From an uncultured Gammaproteobacteria bacterium (lineage in GTDB: Bacteria; Pseudomonadota; Gammaproteobacteria; GCA-002705445; GCA-002716945), in assembly GCA_902535975.1 (NCBI GenBank), contig CACAVP010000001.1:72352-131703 (forward strand): DNA of 59,352 nucleotides, read 5' to 3'. Positions 38,504 through 48,488 of this stretch are shown piece after piece. Under the pieces are notes generated by a model, which was not told the origin of the DNA, did not search any database, and saw only the letters and a list, made by a program, of their open reading frames with translations. How positions within the stretch are numbered: the stretch's first letter is position 1; each line of letters starts with the position of its first letter. The position numbers were made by a program, and so were the translations under genes.

Positions 38504-39969
38504 CTTTTTGGCTTCATTAAAGGAAAAAATAAGACATCTCTAATTGATGCTGAATTAGTCAGAAGCATCACAAGCCTATCTATTCCTATTCCTGCTCCAG
38601 CAGTCGGAGGCATACCATACTCCATCGCTATTATGAAATCCTCATCATATTTCATTTTTTCTTCATCAGTGGCCAACTGATCATGAAATCTCTCTGACTG
38701 GTCTATCGGGTCGTTTAATTCAGAAAAGCCGTTTGCTATTTCTCTTCCAGCTATGAATAATTCAAACCTCTCAACAATCTCAGGGTTACTATCTACACGT
38801 CTTGATAGTGGTGAGACTGCTGTTGGATATTCAGTTATGAATGTTGGTTGAATAAGTTTACCTTCAACTTTTTTCTCAAAGATATCTAATTGAGTTTTAT
38901 GCAGTGAATCTTTGACTGATACTTCAATATCATGATTTTTACAATAGCTCTCAAGATAACTGTAATCATTTAGATTCTCTGAACTGATCGAATCACAAAA
39001 TTTAATAATAGAGTCATGAAAGTTTATCCTTTCAAATTTTTTTGTGATATCTATAGCTTGTTCTTGATATGTCACAGTGTTTTTAAAACCGAGAGAATCA
39101 AATAGTGACTTGAATAACTCTTCAATAAAGTTCATTAGATAATGATAGTCTTCGAACGCAGCATAAAATTCTATCATAGTAAATTCTGGATTGTGTTTCA
39201 CTGATAGACCCTCATTTCTGAAACTTCTGTTGATCTCAAATACTTTTTCAAATCCTCCAATTATCAATCGTTTTAAATATAATTCGGGCGCTATCCTTAA
39301 ATATAGCTCCATATCTAGAGAGTTATGATGTGTAGTAAATGGTTTTGCTGCTGCACCACCAGCTATTGGATGCATCATCGGGGTTTCAACCTCAAAATAT
39401 TTATTATCCTCGAAGTATTTCCTTATCAATGAGATTATTTTAATTCGATCTTTAAAGACATTTTTAGATTCCTCGGAAATCATCAAATCCAAATATCTTT
39501 GTCGATATTTTATCTCGATATCAGATAATCCATGATACTTTTCAGGTAGTGGTCTCAATGATTTAGAAAGAATTCTGTACTCACTTACGTTAAGAGTAAG
39601 TTCACCAGTTTTCGTTTTGAATATTACTCCTTTTACGCCAACTATATCACCCAGATCTGTTTGATCAAGGAGACTATATTGTTCCTTGCCTGTTCCATTT
39701 TTTGATAGGAATAATTGTATCTTTCCTGAATCATCATGTAGATTCGCAAAAGTTGAATTTCCCATTTTTCGAATTGTTAGTATTCTTCCTGCTATTAAAT
39801 ATGAAGCATCTTCTCCTTCCAAATCCTCTTTAGTTTTATCGCCATATTTAGCCACAAGTTCCTGGACAGAAGTATTTCGCCTGAAATCATTAGGATATAG
39901 CGCGGTCAATTCTGAGAGCGCCTGTAATTTTCTCTTTCTTTCTAATATTAGTTTATTTTCCTCTGACAT
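38500..39969 (-). CDS. lysS: Lysine--tRNA ligase (class II)
   Basis: AGRI, YRQRYLDL, VETPMM, RIAPELYLKRL, FRNEG, HNPEF and GIGIDRL. Confidence 0.97.
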   Translation of the reverse strand: MSEENKLILERKRKLQALSELTALYPNDFRRNTSVQELVAKYGDKTKEDLEGEDASYLIAGRILTIRKMGNSTFANLHDDSGKIQLFLSKNGTGKEQYSLLDQTDLGDIVGVKGVIFKTKTGELTLNVSEYRILSKSLRPLPEKYHGLSDIEIKYRQRYLDLMISEESKNVFKDRIKIISLIRKYFEDNKYFEVETPMMHPIAGGAAAKPFTTHHNSLDMELYLRIAPELYLKRLIIGGFEKVFEINRSFRNEGLSVKHNPEFTMIEFYAAFEDYHYLMNFIEELFKSLFDSLGFKNTVTYQEQAIDITKKFERINFHDSIIKFCDSISSENLNDYSYLESYCKNHDIEVSVKDSLHKTQLDIFEKKVEGKLIQPTFITEYPTAVSPLSRRVDSNPEIVERFELFIAGREIANGFSELNDPIDQSERFHDQLATDEEKMKYDEDFIIAMEYGMPPTAGAGIGIDRLVMLLTNSASIRDVLFFPLMKPKS

Positions 39970-41089
39970 TTATAACCCTCTTTTAAGGCTTTCTTGTATG
40001 AAATCATCAAGGTTACCATCGAGAACAGATTGAGTGTTTCCAGTTTCAAAATTTGTTCTTAAATCTTTAATTCTTGAATCATCCAAAACATAAGATCTTA
40101 TTTGATTACCCCAACTTATATCTGATTTCTCAGATTCAACTTGAGTTTTAATTTCATTCTTTTTATTTAACTCATGTGCATATAGTTTAGCACGTAACTG
40201 TTTCATGGCTGATTCTTTATTTTTATGTTGAGATCTATCATTTTGACACTGAACAACAATTTTCGTAGGTAGATGAGTAATACGAACAGCTGATTCAGTC
40301 GTATTAACATGTTGCCCGCCTGCTCCACTTGCTCTAAAAACATCAATTCTAAGGTCAGATGGATTAATTTCTATCTCAAATGAATCATCAACTTGAGGAT
40401 AAATAAAAACTGAGGCAAATGACGTGTGTCTGCGATTACCTGAATCAAATGGTGATTTTCTAACTAAACGATGTACTCCTGTTTCCGTTCTAAGCCAACC
40501 ATAAGCGTAATCTCCATTCACTTTAATCGTGACATTTTTAAAGCCCGCGACTTCGCCCTCACTAGCTTCTGTGATTTCAGATGTAAAGGAGTGCTTTTCA
40601 ATCCATTTAAGATACATTCGCATGATCATAGCAACCCAATCTTGTGCCTCTGTGCCTCCAGATCCAGATTGAATATCTATATAAGCATTTGCGTCATCAT
40701 TTTCACCCCGAAAGAGTTGTGTAAATGAGAGCTTTTCAAGACGTGACGTAGCAGATTTATGTAGCTCTGACATCTCTATTAAAAGTTTTTCGTCATCATG
40801 TGATGAATCATCCAATATTGTCTCAAGGGTGTAAGATATTAAATCTATATCTGAATATATTTCATCTATAGTGGATTTTAATGAAGTATGACTCTTCAGC
40901 TCTTTATTTAAAACTGTTATCTTTGCCCTATCATTCCATATATCAGGATCATTTAGCTTTTCTGTTATGACAGTAATTTTATTATCGAGCGCATCATAGT
41001 CAAACTAACCCCCTTAGCTCGTCCAGCTTTATCTTATTGAGCTTAGTTTGTTCTATAATTTCATTAACTTGATCTACTATTTTACTCAT
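39970..41089 (-). CDS. prfB: Peptide chain release factor 2 with programmed +1 frameshift (about 372 aa)
   Basis: ORF1 is ATG 41089 plus 28 codons ending AGG GGG TTA GTT, then TGA. The +1 frame (DYDALDNK...DPDIWND) is open through to the track ORF 39970-40815, which has SPF and GGQ motifs. Confidence 0.95.
40999..41014 (-). promoter_or_regulatory. RF2 +1 frameshift cassette AGGGGG-TTA-GTT-TGA-C
   Basis: Internal SD, 3-nt spacer, slippery codon and UGAC are positioned as in the canonical AGG GGG UAU CUU UGA C. Confidence 0.9.
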
Positions 41090-41751
41090 TGCGATACATC
41101 ATTATAATATTGAAGCTTATCTATCCACATATCTTTATAGGTATTCAATGACGATGAGTCTGCTTCTAAGATCTCATGCTCAAAAGTATCTTTATATACG
41201 ACAAATATCATAGCTCTCTCAATTTTTGTATTAAACATTTTGTCATGTGCAGATGCATAGGCCGCTAGTTGTTGAAAATGCTCATCAATCTGATAAGAAC
41301 TTTTTTTTCGGAATGATGACTTATAGTCAACCACCGTAAGTTTACCATCTATTTCAGCCAGCAGATCAAGTCTCCCAGCATAGTTACAATCCTCATGAAT
41401 AGTCGCCTCAGAGGCTATAAACTTGTCTATGCAAGGAAAAATATTATCAATTATTGATTTACACAGCTGCAAAGCAATTTTTGAATTGCCAGAATCTTCA
41501 GTTTTTATCTCCTCTTTTTTAATATACTTATCAAGATAACTATGCATCAAATTACCTATTTCAAAAGAATCGGCCTGTTTCGCAGAAAATGTATCCTTTT
41601 GGTTATGTCTAGACAATCTCAGGATGGAAGTTACACTTGGAACCAACTTATCCTCAATTTTGTAATATCTAAAATTATTTTGTTTTATTACTTCATACTC
41701 ACGATAGCTGAATTGAGGTGAGTATGTAATATCTTCATTTATCAAGAACAT
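41086..41751 (-). CDS. PD-(D/E)XK nuclease superfamily protein (RecB/Cas4/MGME1-like exonuclease)
   Basis: PSVTSIL, GNLMH, SE, YAGRLD, VVDYKSS and QQLAAY motifs. Confidence 0.83.
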   Translation of the reverse strand: MFLINEDITYSPQFSYREYEVIKQNNFRYYKIEDKLVPSVTSILRLSRHNQKDTFSAKQADSFEIGNLMHSYLDKYIKKEEIKTEDSGNSKIALQLCKSIIDNIFPCIDKFIASEATIHEDCNYAGRLDLLAEIDGKLTVVDYKSSFRKKSSYQIDEHFQQLAAYASAHDKMFNTKIERAMIFVVYKDTFEHEILEADSSSLNTYKDMWIDKLQYYNDVSQ

Positions 41752-42076
41752 CTATAATTTTTTGTATATCTTTTTTTATTAAAGAAAGAGTTTGATTATC
41801 TTGTGATAAATTTTCAGATGAAGAGCTAATCTTTTGTTTTGCACCGTCAATCGTAAATCCCTGAATAGAGATCAACTCGTGAATCTTAAGGATGGTTAAA
41901 ATATCATTCTGAGAGTAATACCTTCTATTACCTGTCCTTTTGGTAGGCTCAAGTGCATCAAATTCTTTTTCCCAATATCTCAAAATGTGTGACTTGATTT
42001 TAGTTATGTTCGAAACTTCCCCGATTGTGAAATATCTTTTATTAGGTATTTCTATTGAATTATTCGGTTCCATCAT
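41735..42076 (-). CDS. MerR-family transcriptional regulator (conserved downstream of ihfA)
   Basis: [29 protein letters not shown] and GFTIDGAK. Confidence 0.92.
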   Translation of the reverse strand: MMEPNNSIEIPNKRYFTIGEVSNITKIKSHILRYWEKEFDALEPTKRTGNRRYYSQNDILTILKIHELISIQGFTIDGAKQKISSSSENLSQDNQTLSLIKKDIQKIIDVLDK

Positions 42077-42356
42077 AACCTTCTAGTTTTGACTTTAACT
42101 TTAAGCCAGACTTAAATGTTACTACTCTTCTTGAGGATATCGTGACTTCCTCGCCTGTTTTTGGGTTTCTTCCTGGCCTAGGAGCTTTATCTCTTAAGTT
42201 GAAATTTCCAAAACCTGATAACTTAATATCATTACCTTCCTCTAAAGATTTTTTTATTTGCTCAAAAAAGGACTCTATAAGCTCCTTTGCTTCTCTCTTA
42301 TTAAGTCCAATCTCGTTGTGTACCATTTCCACGAGAGAGTCTTTTGTGATTGTCAT
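42060..42356 (-). CDS. ihfA: Integration host factor alpha subunit
   Basis: [20 protein letters not shown] and RRVVTFK; follows pheT. Confidence 0.96.
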   Translation of the reverse strand: MTITKDSLVEMVHNEIGLNKREAKELIESFFEQIKKSLEEGNDIKLSGFGNFNLRDKAPRPGRNPKTGEEVTISSRRVVTFKSGLKLKSKLEGYDGTE

Positions 42357-44335
42357 TATGCTTCTTGTATATTAAGTTTATATAGTTTTTTAATATCAGT
42401 TGTTATTCTTTGGATTGATTTATTTATGTCTTCATCATTCAGCGTTCTATCCATAGACTGAAGACATATCTCCAAAGTAACGTTCCTATTATTCAATTGT
42501 AATTTATCTTTAGAAATAAATATATCTTTAATTCTTATACTTTTCATATATTTATAGCCATTATTATTCATTTCTTTAATAACAGTAGATAGGCTGTCAT
42601 CGATATTAGTGATTAATGTAATATCCTTATAAACTGCTGGATACTGCGAAATGTCATTAAATGTAACTTTATTTGATTCTGAAATAAGATCCTCATTAAT
42701 TTCGAATGCGAGCACTGCTCCTTTGATAGCAAAATCTTGAGCGCAGGTTGATCGTATAAGCCCACACTCGCCTATTGCCTTGTTATTTTGTAATATTTTG
42801 AATGAATTAACATCATCAAAGTAAGTAGAGCCACTATTTATGTCAAATGCTGAATTAGGTATTACAGATAAAATATGTGACTTTAAATCATCTATGCCAA
42901 AATTGTACTGATTACTAACTAGGTCTGAACTAGATCTGAGTCCGAATAATACACCTGTGATAGTATTTATCTCAAAAATCTTGCTTTTAGGTTTTATATA
43001 AATTTTTCCAGTTTCGTATAACTGAATACTTTTATGTTTTCTGTTGTGATTATATTGTATATTTTTCAGTAGGCCTGGTATTAACGAATCACGCATAACT
43101 GACTTATCTTTTGAAATGGGGTTTTTTAACTCCAATTGAGCATTATTATGTGAATAATTTTTTGCGATGAAAGTAAAGTTTATTGCTTCCTTATAGCCCA
43201 GAGTTATAAGTCTGTCCTGAAAAGTATAACGTTTGTTAGTCAAACTTATCTTAGTGCTTAGAGGTGATTCAGGAATATTATCGTAACCAATAATTCTAGA
43301 TACCTCCTCAACTAAATCATAATTCGATGTGACATCGAATCTAAAACTGGGAACAATGACTTTATCAGATTTAAAAATAAATCCTAAATTAGACAAAATT
43401 GCTTTAACTTTATTGCTTTGTAATTCTATACCTAAGATTCTCTTAAATAATTTATAGTCAAATTTAAATGAGTTAGTTTTAGTCAATGGACTTTTATAAC
43501 TTATTTTATTTAGATTGCACTTACCAATTGAAATATATGAACTCAATATAAGATGAATTCTAGAGAGAGCGAATTCTTGAAGTTTATAATCTACGCCTCG
43601 TTCGAATCTATATGAAGAGTCAGTTTGAATTCTATATTTTGTTGATAAAGATCTAACGGTATTGGGAAGAAAAAATGCACTTTCAAAAAGAATATTTTTT
43701 GTATCATTGTCTACCATTGATTCTTTGCTACCAATTACGCCAGGTAACGCATGTATGACATCATCATCATCTACAATAACAGGTGTGCCTTTATTGATAT
43801 TGTATTGTTTATTATTTATGCCTATGAAAGTCAGATCTTTCTTACTTTTAATGATACTAAGCTTGCCATTAATTTTATCAATATCAAAAGCATGTGTCGG
43901 TTGACCAACCTCCATCATTACATAATTTGATATGTCTACGATAATATTCACCGGAGTTATATCAGATTTTATTAATTTATCTGTGATGAATTTCGGGGAT
44001 TTTGCTCTCAGTTCAACATCACACAGCGGCATAAATCGATATTCGGGACATATATCAGGTGCTACTTTTCTAATATAGTTATTATTTCTTTGATGGCTAA
44101 AAGTACTAGCCTGTGGCAATTTTATTTTTTTATTTTTAAAGGCTGCTAGGTCTCTTGAAATTCCATAAGCAGATAAACAATCTCCCCTGTTAGGGGTAAA
44201 TTCGATATCAATAATATAATCATTCCTATTTTTACTTATTGTATCAACCTCTAAACCTAGCTGTGTTAGCTCATGTTCAATAGTTTTATTATTTAAAGAA
44301 ATGAACTCTGATAACCAGTTGCTACTTATTTTCAT
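42356..44335 (-). CDS. pheT: Phenylalanine--tRNA ligase beta subunit, short form lacking the B2 OB-fold
   Basis: GLEV followed almost directly by [10 protein letters not shown]; [24 protein letters not shown] and DLVEEVSRI. Confidence 0.93.
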   Translation of the reverse strand: MKISSNWLSEFISLNNKTIEHELTQLGLEVDTISKNRNDYIIDIEFTPNRGDCLSAYGISRDLAAFKNKKIKLPQASTFSHQRNNNYIRKVAPDICPEYRFMPLCDVELRAKSPKFITDKLIKSDITPVNIIVDISNYVMMEVGQPTHAFDIDKINGKLSIIKSKKDLTFIGINNKQYNINKGTPVIVDDDDVIHALPGVIGSKESMVDNDTKNILFESAFFLPNTVRSLSTKYRIQTDSSYRFERGVDYKLQEFALSRIHLILSSYISIGKCNLNKISYKSPLTKTNSFKFDYKLFKRILGIELQSNKVKAILSNLGFIFKSDKVIVPSFRFDVTSNYDLVEEVSRIIGYDNIPESPLSTKISLTNKRYTFQDRLITLGYKEAINFTFIAKNYSHNNAQLELKNPISKDKSVMRDSLIPGLLKNIQYNHNRKHKSIQLYETGKIYIKPKSKIFEINTITGVLFGLRSSSDLVSNQYNFGIDDLKSHILSVIPNSAFDINSGSTYFDDVNSFKILQNNKAIGECGLIRSTCAQDFAIKGAVLAFEINEDLISESNKVTFNDISQYPAVYKDITLITNIDDSLSTVIKEMNNNGYKYMKSIRIKDIFISKDKLQLNNRNVTLEICLQSMDRTLNDEDINKSIQRITTDIKKLYKLNIQEA

Positions 44336-45321
44336 GACTCTCTCAAGTTCTCAAATTGTTCTAGGAAATTTATGTCATTTTCAAAAAATACTCTTAAGTC
44401 TTTAATCTGATATGCAAGCATTGCAAATCTCTCTATTCCTAATCCAAATGCAAGTCCAGAATATTTTTTGGGATCAATATTTACGTTCTTCAAAACATTA
44501 GGGTGAACCATGCCACAGCCAAGTACCTCTAGCCACTTTCCATTAAACATTACATCCATCTCTGCTGATGGTTCTGTAAAAGGAAAATAGGATGGTCTAA
44601 ATCTAGTCTTTATTTTTTTTGATTCGAAAAACTTATATATAAAATCATTCAGCAACCATTTCAAATTAGAAAAGCTGATATCGGTATCAACACATAAGCC
44701 TTCAATTTGGTGAAACATTGGTGAATGAGTTGGATCTGAGTCACATCTATAAACTCGACCTGGTGCCAGAACCCTCAGTGGCGCTGATCTATTTTCCATA
44801 GCATGTATCTGGACAGAAGATGTGTGAGTTCTCAAGAGTAAGTTGCTGTCAAAGTAAAATGTGTCATGCATATCACGTGCGGGATGGTTATCGGCAATAT
44901 TTAAAGACTCAAAGTTATAGTACTCTGTCTCAATCTCAGGTCCCTCATGAGTTTCAAAACCAAAGTTAGAAAATATCTTCTCGATTCTTCTTATTACTAG
45001 AGAGATTGGATGATGAGACCCAAATTGATGATGCCTTGCAGGAGTATCTAAGTCTAATCTTTGAGTAATTTCTCTGTTTCTCTTGATATCTACAAATTTT
45101 AAATCAATTAACTTAGTTATAACTTGTTTTAAGTTATTAAGCTCAGATCCAAACGCTTTTCTCTCCTCAGAGGGAATATCTTTCAAAGAGGAAAATAAAA
45201 TTGTGACATGGCCTTTTTTTCCAAGATATTTAGATTTAATTTGTTGAAGGTCATGCTCTTTGCTACATGTTTCAAGGTCTTTTTTTAGTAGATCTTCTAA
45301 ATCAGTATGATTTATTTTCAC
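44332..45321 (-). CDS. pheS: Phenylalanine--tRNA ligase alpha subunit
   Basis: HPARDMHDTFY, LRTHTSSVQ, THSPMFHQIEG, YFPFTEPS and FGLGIER. Confidence 0.97.
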   Translation of the reverse strand: MKINHTDLEDLLKKDLETCSKEHDLQQIKSKYLGKKGHVTILFSSLKDIPSEERKAFGSELNNLKQVITKLIDLKFVDIKRNREITQRLDLDTPARHHQFGSHHPISLVIRRIEKIFSNFGFETHEGPEIETEYYNFESLNIADNHPARDMHDTFYFDSNLLLRTHTSSVQIHAMENRSAPLRVLAPGRVYRCDSDPTHSPMFHQIEGLCVDTDISFSNLKWLLNDFIYKFFESKKIKTRFRPSYFPFTEPSAEMDVMFNGKWLEVLGCGMVHPNVLKNVNIDPKKYSGLAFGLGIERFAMLAYQIKDLRVFFENDINFLEQFENLRES

Positions 45322-45335
45322 AACGAACTAGTATC

Positions 45336-45686
45336 TTAGCCAGGAAGTACTGCTTTAACAATGCTAGAAAATCTCTCAGGATTATTTGCTGCTATATCTG
45401 CTAAAACTTTTCTGTCAATTTCTAGTTCAGATTTATGCAAATAGTTCATGAATTTACTGTATGAGAGATTATTAAGTCGCGCAGCAGCGTTTATTTTTGT
45501 AATCCATAGAGATCTAAATTGTCTCTTCTTTTGTCTTCTATCTCTGTATGCGTACTGACCGGCCTTTATAACTGCTTGCTTAGCAACACGGAAGACTCTG
45601 CTACGTGCGCCTTTGTAGCCTTTTGCAAGTTTTAAAATCTTCTTATGTCTTGCTCCTGCAATTACACCTCTTTTTACTCTAGCCAT
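45336..45686 (-). CDS. rplT: 50S ribosomal protein L20
   Basis: [17 protein letters not shown] and [11 protein letters not shown]. Confidence 0.98.
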   Translation of the reverse strand: MARVKRGVIAGARHKKILKLAKGYKGARSRVFRVAKQAVIKAGQYAYRDRRQKKRQFRSLWITKINAAARLNNLSYSKFMNYLHKSELEIDRKVLADIAANNPERFSSIVKAVLPG

Positions 45687-45697
45687 CCCTCAAACTC

Positions 45698-45892
45698 CTA
45701 GTAAGGTAACATCCGATTAATCGCAGCTTTATCAGCTGGGCTTATGACTACATCGTCTCTTAGATGTCTTTTTCTTTTAGTACTCTTCTTGGTGAGTATG
45801 TGGCTTCTATGAGATTGTCCTCTCTTGACACTCCCAGATGGCGTCTTTTTAAAACGTTTTGCAGCACCGCTATGTGATTTCATCTTTGGCAT
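45698..45892 (-). CDS. rpmI: 50S ribosomal protein L35
   Basis: [24 protein letters not shown] and MLPY. Confidence 0.98.
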   Translation of the reverse strand: MPKMKSHSGAAKRFKKTPSGSVKRGQSHRSHILTKKSTKRKRHLRDDVVISPADKAAINRMLPY

Positions 45893-45932
45893 AAGCTTAC
45901 TCTATCCTGATATTTCCGGTAGTATATCCTAT

Positions 45933-46448
45933 TTATTTCTTCGGTGCTATAACCATAACTATTTGTCTACCCTCGAATGCAGGTTTTTGTTCGATGGCGC
46001 CATAATCAAATAGATCTTTTTCAACCCTCTCTAAAAACTCTCGACCGATTATTTGATGAGCAGCTTCCCTTCCTCTAAAACGCATAGTAATTTTAGCCTT
46101 ATCCCCGCCTTGAAGAAATTTGATTAAATTTTTGAGTTTTACCTGATAATCTGCCTCTTCAGTGCCAGGTCGAAACTTTATTTCTTTTACTTGAATTTGT
46201 TTTTGCTTTTTCTTGGCTGCATGGGCTTTTTTTGATTGCTCGAACTTATATTTACCGAAGTCCATAATTCGGCAAACCGGTGGTGATTGATTAGCAACAA
46301 TCTCAACAAGATCCAGATCTTCATTTTTTGCTAATTCTAGAGCTTTTTCTTTGGTAACTACACCGACTTGATCTCCAGTCGATGATATTAGACGCACTTC
46401 TTGTGCATTAATGCGGTCGTTAATCCGCATTCTTCTTGTATTCGATAT
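45933..46448 (-). CDS. infC: Translation initiation factor IF-3, probable non-AUG start
   Basis: [24 protein letters not shown] and [17 protein letters not shown] lies 7 nt before in-frame ATA (46448), 4 nt before ATC (46451) and 25 nt before the first ATG. Confidence 0.93.
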   Translation of the reverse strand: MSNTRRMRINDRINAQEVRLISSTGDQVGVVTKEKALELAKNEDLDLVEIVANQSPPVCRIMDFGKYKFEQSKKAHAAKKKQKQIQVKEIKFRPGTEEADYQVKLKNLIKFLQGGDKAKITMRFRGREAAHQIIGREFLERVEKDLFDYGAIEQKPAFEGRQIVMVIAPKK

Positions 46449-46466
46449 GATCTTTCTCCTACTCAG

Positions 46467-48350
46467 TTAAATATTTTTTTTTAGCAAGTCAACAAACTCC
46501 TCAAGTTGAAAACTTCCTAAATCACTACCGGTTCTATCTCTGACTGAAATCATTCGATTTTCCAGTTCTTTATCACCAACAATAACCATGTATGGTACCC
46601 TAGTAATTGCATGATTTCTAATTTTATAGCTAATCTTTTCGTTGCTGTAGTCACATTCTGATCTGATGCCATAATCTAGTAATTTACTATTAACCTCTTC
46701 TGCATAAGATCTATGTTTATCAGTTATATTTAATGTCACTACTTGCACAGGAGATAGCCAAAAAGGGAGATTTCCAGAATAATGCTCAATTAATATTCCC
46801 ACAAACCTCTCAAGTGAGCCTAAAATTGCCCTATGTATCATTACAGGCACATCTTTGTTACCCTCTTTGTCGACATATGATGCGTCTAGTCTCCCGGGCA
46901 TGGAAAAATCAAGCTGAATAGTGCCCAATTGCCAGACTCTAGAGAGAGAATCTTTAAGTGAAAAGTCTATTTTAGGGCCATAAAAAGCTCCGTCGCCCGG
47001 ATTTTCCAAATATTTGATGTTATTTGCCTCCAATGCCTCTATTAAGCTACTTTCAGCCATGTCCCATATTTCATCGCTCCCTACTCTTTTGTCAGGTCGT
47101 GTAGATAACTCAATCTTTAAATCATTAAAGCCAAACTTATTATAAATATCTTTTATAGTATTGATTAATATGGATATTTCTTCCTTAATTTGATCTGGTG
47201 TACAAAATATATGTGCATCATCTTGGGTAAATGCTCTTATTCTCAGTAAACCATGCAAAGTCCCTGATGGTTCATTTCGGTGAACAAAACCAAATTCTGC
47301 ATACTTAACAGGCAGATCTTTATAACTTTTTAACCCTTGGTTGAATACCTGAACATGGCCTGGGCAACTCATGGGTTTTATTGCATATTCCTTTTTTTCA
47401 GAACCAACATCGAAGATCAAATCTCCAAATTTGTCCAAGTGACCAGATTTCTTCCATAAGCTTTTATCAAGCATTTGTGGAGTATTGATAATCTTATATG
47501 AGTTTTTCTTTAAATAGCCTGTTATATAATCTTTAATTAGATTAAAAATAGTCCAGCCCTTGTCATGCCAGAACACCATACCAGGTGACTCTTCCTGAAA
47601 ATGAAATAAATCAAGCTTTTTACCCAAAATTCTATGGTCGCTTTTCTCTGCCTCCTCAAGTGATTTTAGGTAGCTATCTAAAGATTCTTGAGTTTCCCAT
47701 GCTGTACCATAAACTCTTGTCAAAGCTTGATTTGATGAATCGCCTTTCCAATAAGACCCAGAGATTTTCATTAGCTTGAAAGCCGTTACATGCTTTGTGT
47801 TAGTTAAGTGTGGACCTCTACACATATCGATGTATTCCTCATGATGATAAAGCGCGATCACCTCATCTTCTGCGATTTCTTTAAGTAATTCAACCTTATA
47901 GGGCTCTTTCCTATCTTCAAATATAGCGATTGCATCTTCCTTAGATATTACCTCTCGCCTAATTGCATAGTTTTTCTTGGCTAATTTTCTCATACGATTT
48001 TCAATCAAAGTTAAATCTTTCTCAGTAAGAGGATTTTTAGACAAAATGTCATAGTAGAATCCGTTATCGATAACTGGGCCTATTACCATTTGTGTCTCGG
48101 GGTGGAGCTGTTTTATGGCGTGTCCAAATAAATGCGCACAGGAGTGTCTAAGAATATTCAAGCCATCATCGTCATTAGTTGTTATTAATTCGACTTTTGA
48201 ATTATCCCTAATATAATCAGACAGATCAGTAAGCCTATCATTTACTTTGGCAGCAACGATGTTTTTTTGTTTAAAGTTTTGCTTTATGACATCTTCTAGT
48301 ATGTCACCATCTTTAGCTTGATATGCTTTATTATTAATCTCTACAATCAT
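46467..48350 (-). CDS. thrS: Threonine--tRNA ligase
   Basis: RHSCAH, DMCRGPH, DHRILG, KPMSCPGH, RIRAFTQDDAH and MIHRA. Start ATG 48350; the track start at 48407 falls inside the tRNA. Confidence 0.96.
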   Translation of the reverse strand: MIVEINNKAYQAKDGDILEDVIKQNFKQKNIVAAKVNDRLTDLSDYIRDNSKVELITTNDDDGLNILRHSCAHLFGHAIKQLHPETQMVIGPVIDNGFYYDILSKNPLTEKDLTLIENRMRKLAKKNYAIRREVISKEDAIAIFEDRKEPYKVELLKEIAEDEVIALYHHEEYIDMCRGPHLTNTKHVTAFKLMKISGSYWKGDSSNQALTRVYGTAWETQESLDSYLKSLEEAEKSDHRILGKKLDLFHFQEESPGMVFWHDKGWTIFNLIKDYITGYLKKNSYKIINTPQMLDKSLWKKSGHLDKFGDLIFDVGSEKKEYAIKPMSCPGHVQVFNQGLKSYKDLPVKYAEFGFVHRNEPSGTLHGLLRIRAFTQDDAHIFCTPDQIKEEISILINTIKDIYNKFGFNDLKIELSTRPDKRVGSDEIWDMAESSLIEALEANNIKYLENPGDGAFYGPKIDFSLKDSLSRVWQLGTIQLDFSMPGRLDASYVDKEGNKDVPVMIHRAILGSLERFVGILIEHYSGNLPFWLSPVQVVTLNITDKHRSYAEEVNSKLLDYGIRSECDYSNEKISYKIRNHAITRVPYMVIVGDKELENRMISVRDRTGSDLGSFQLEEFVDLLKKNI

Positions 48351-48365
48351 AAATTCTATAAAATA

Positions 48366-48440
48366 TAGGCACGATTGGACTCGAACCAACGACCTCCACC
48401 ATGTCAAGGTGGCGCTCTAACCAAGCTGAGCTACGCGCCT
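48366..48440 (-). tRNA. tRNA-Val (anticodon GAC)
   Basis: Acceptor AGGCGCG/CGTGCCT-A, anticodon arm CCACC-TTGACAT-GGTGG, T-arm GTTGG-TTCGAGT-CCAAT; no encoded CCA. Confidence 0.96.
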
Positions 48441-48451
48441 GTAAGTTATGT

Positions 48452-48480
48452 AAATTAGCATGACAGACATGTATAGACAA
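48452..48480 (-). promoter_or_regulatory. Sigma70-like promoter for tRNA-Val-thrS
   Basis: TTGTCT, 17 nt, TAATTT with an upstream TG, ending 11 nt before the tRNA. Confidence 0.5.
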
Positions 48481-48488
48481 GAAAACCA

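Noticed and set aside
40816-41089. prfB as a pseudogene or indel error
   Set aside because: The frame break coincides exactly with the conserved SD-3 nt-NUU-UGAC cassette, and the +1 frame is open and RF2-like.
41086-41751. Cas4 indicating a CRISPR locus
   Set aside because: No four-Cys Fe-S motif, no other cas genes and no repeat-spacer array in the window.
48351-48407. N-terminal extension of ThrS given by the ORF track (MTWWRS...)
   Set aside because: It is read through the tRNA-Val gene; homology starts at Met 48350.
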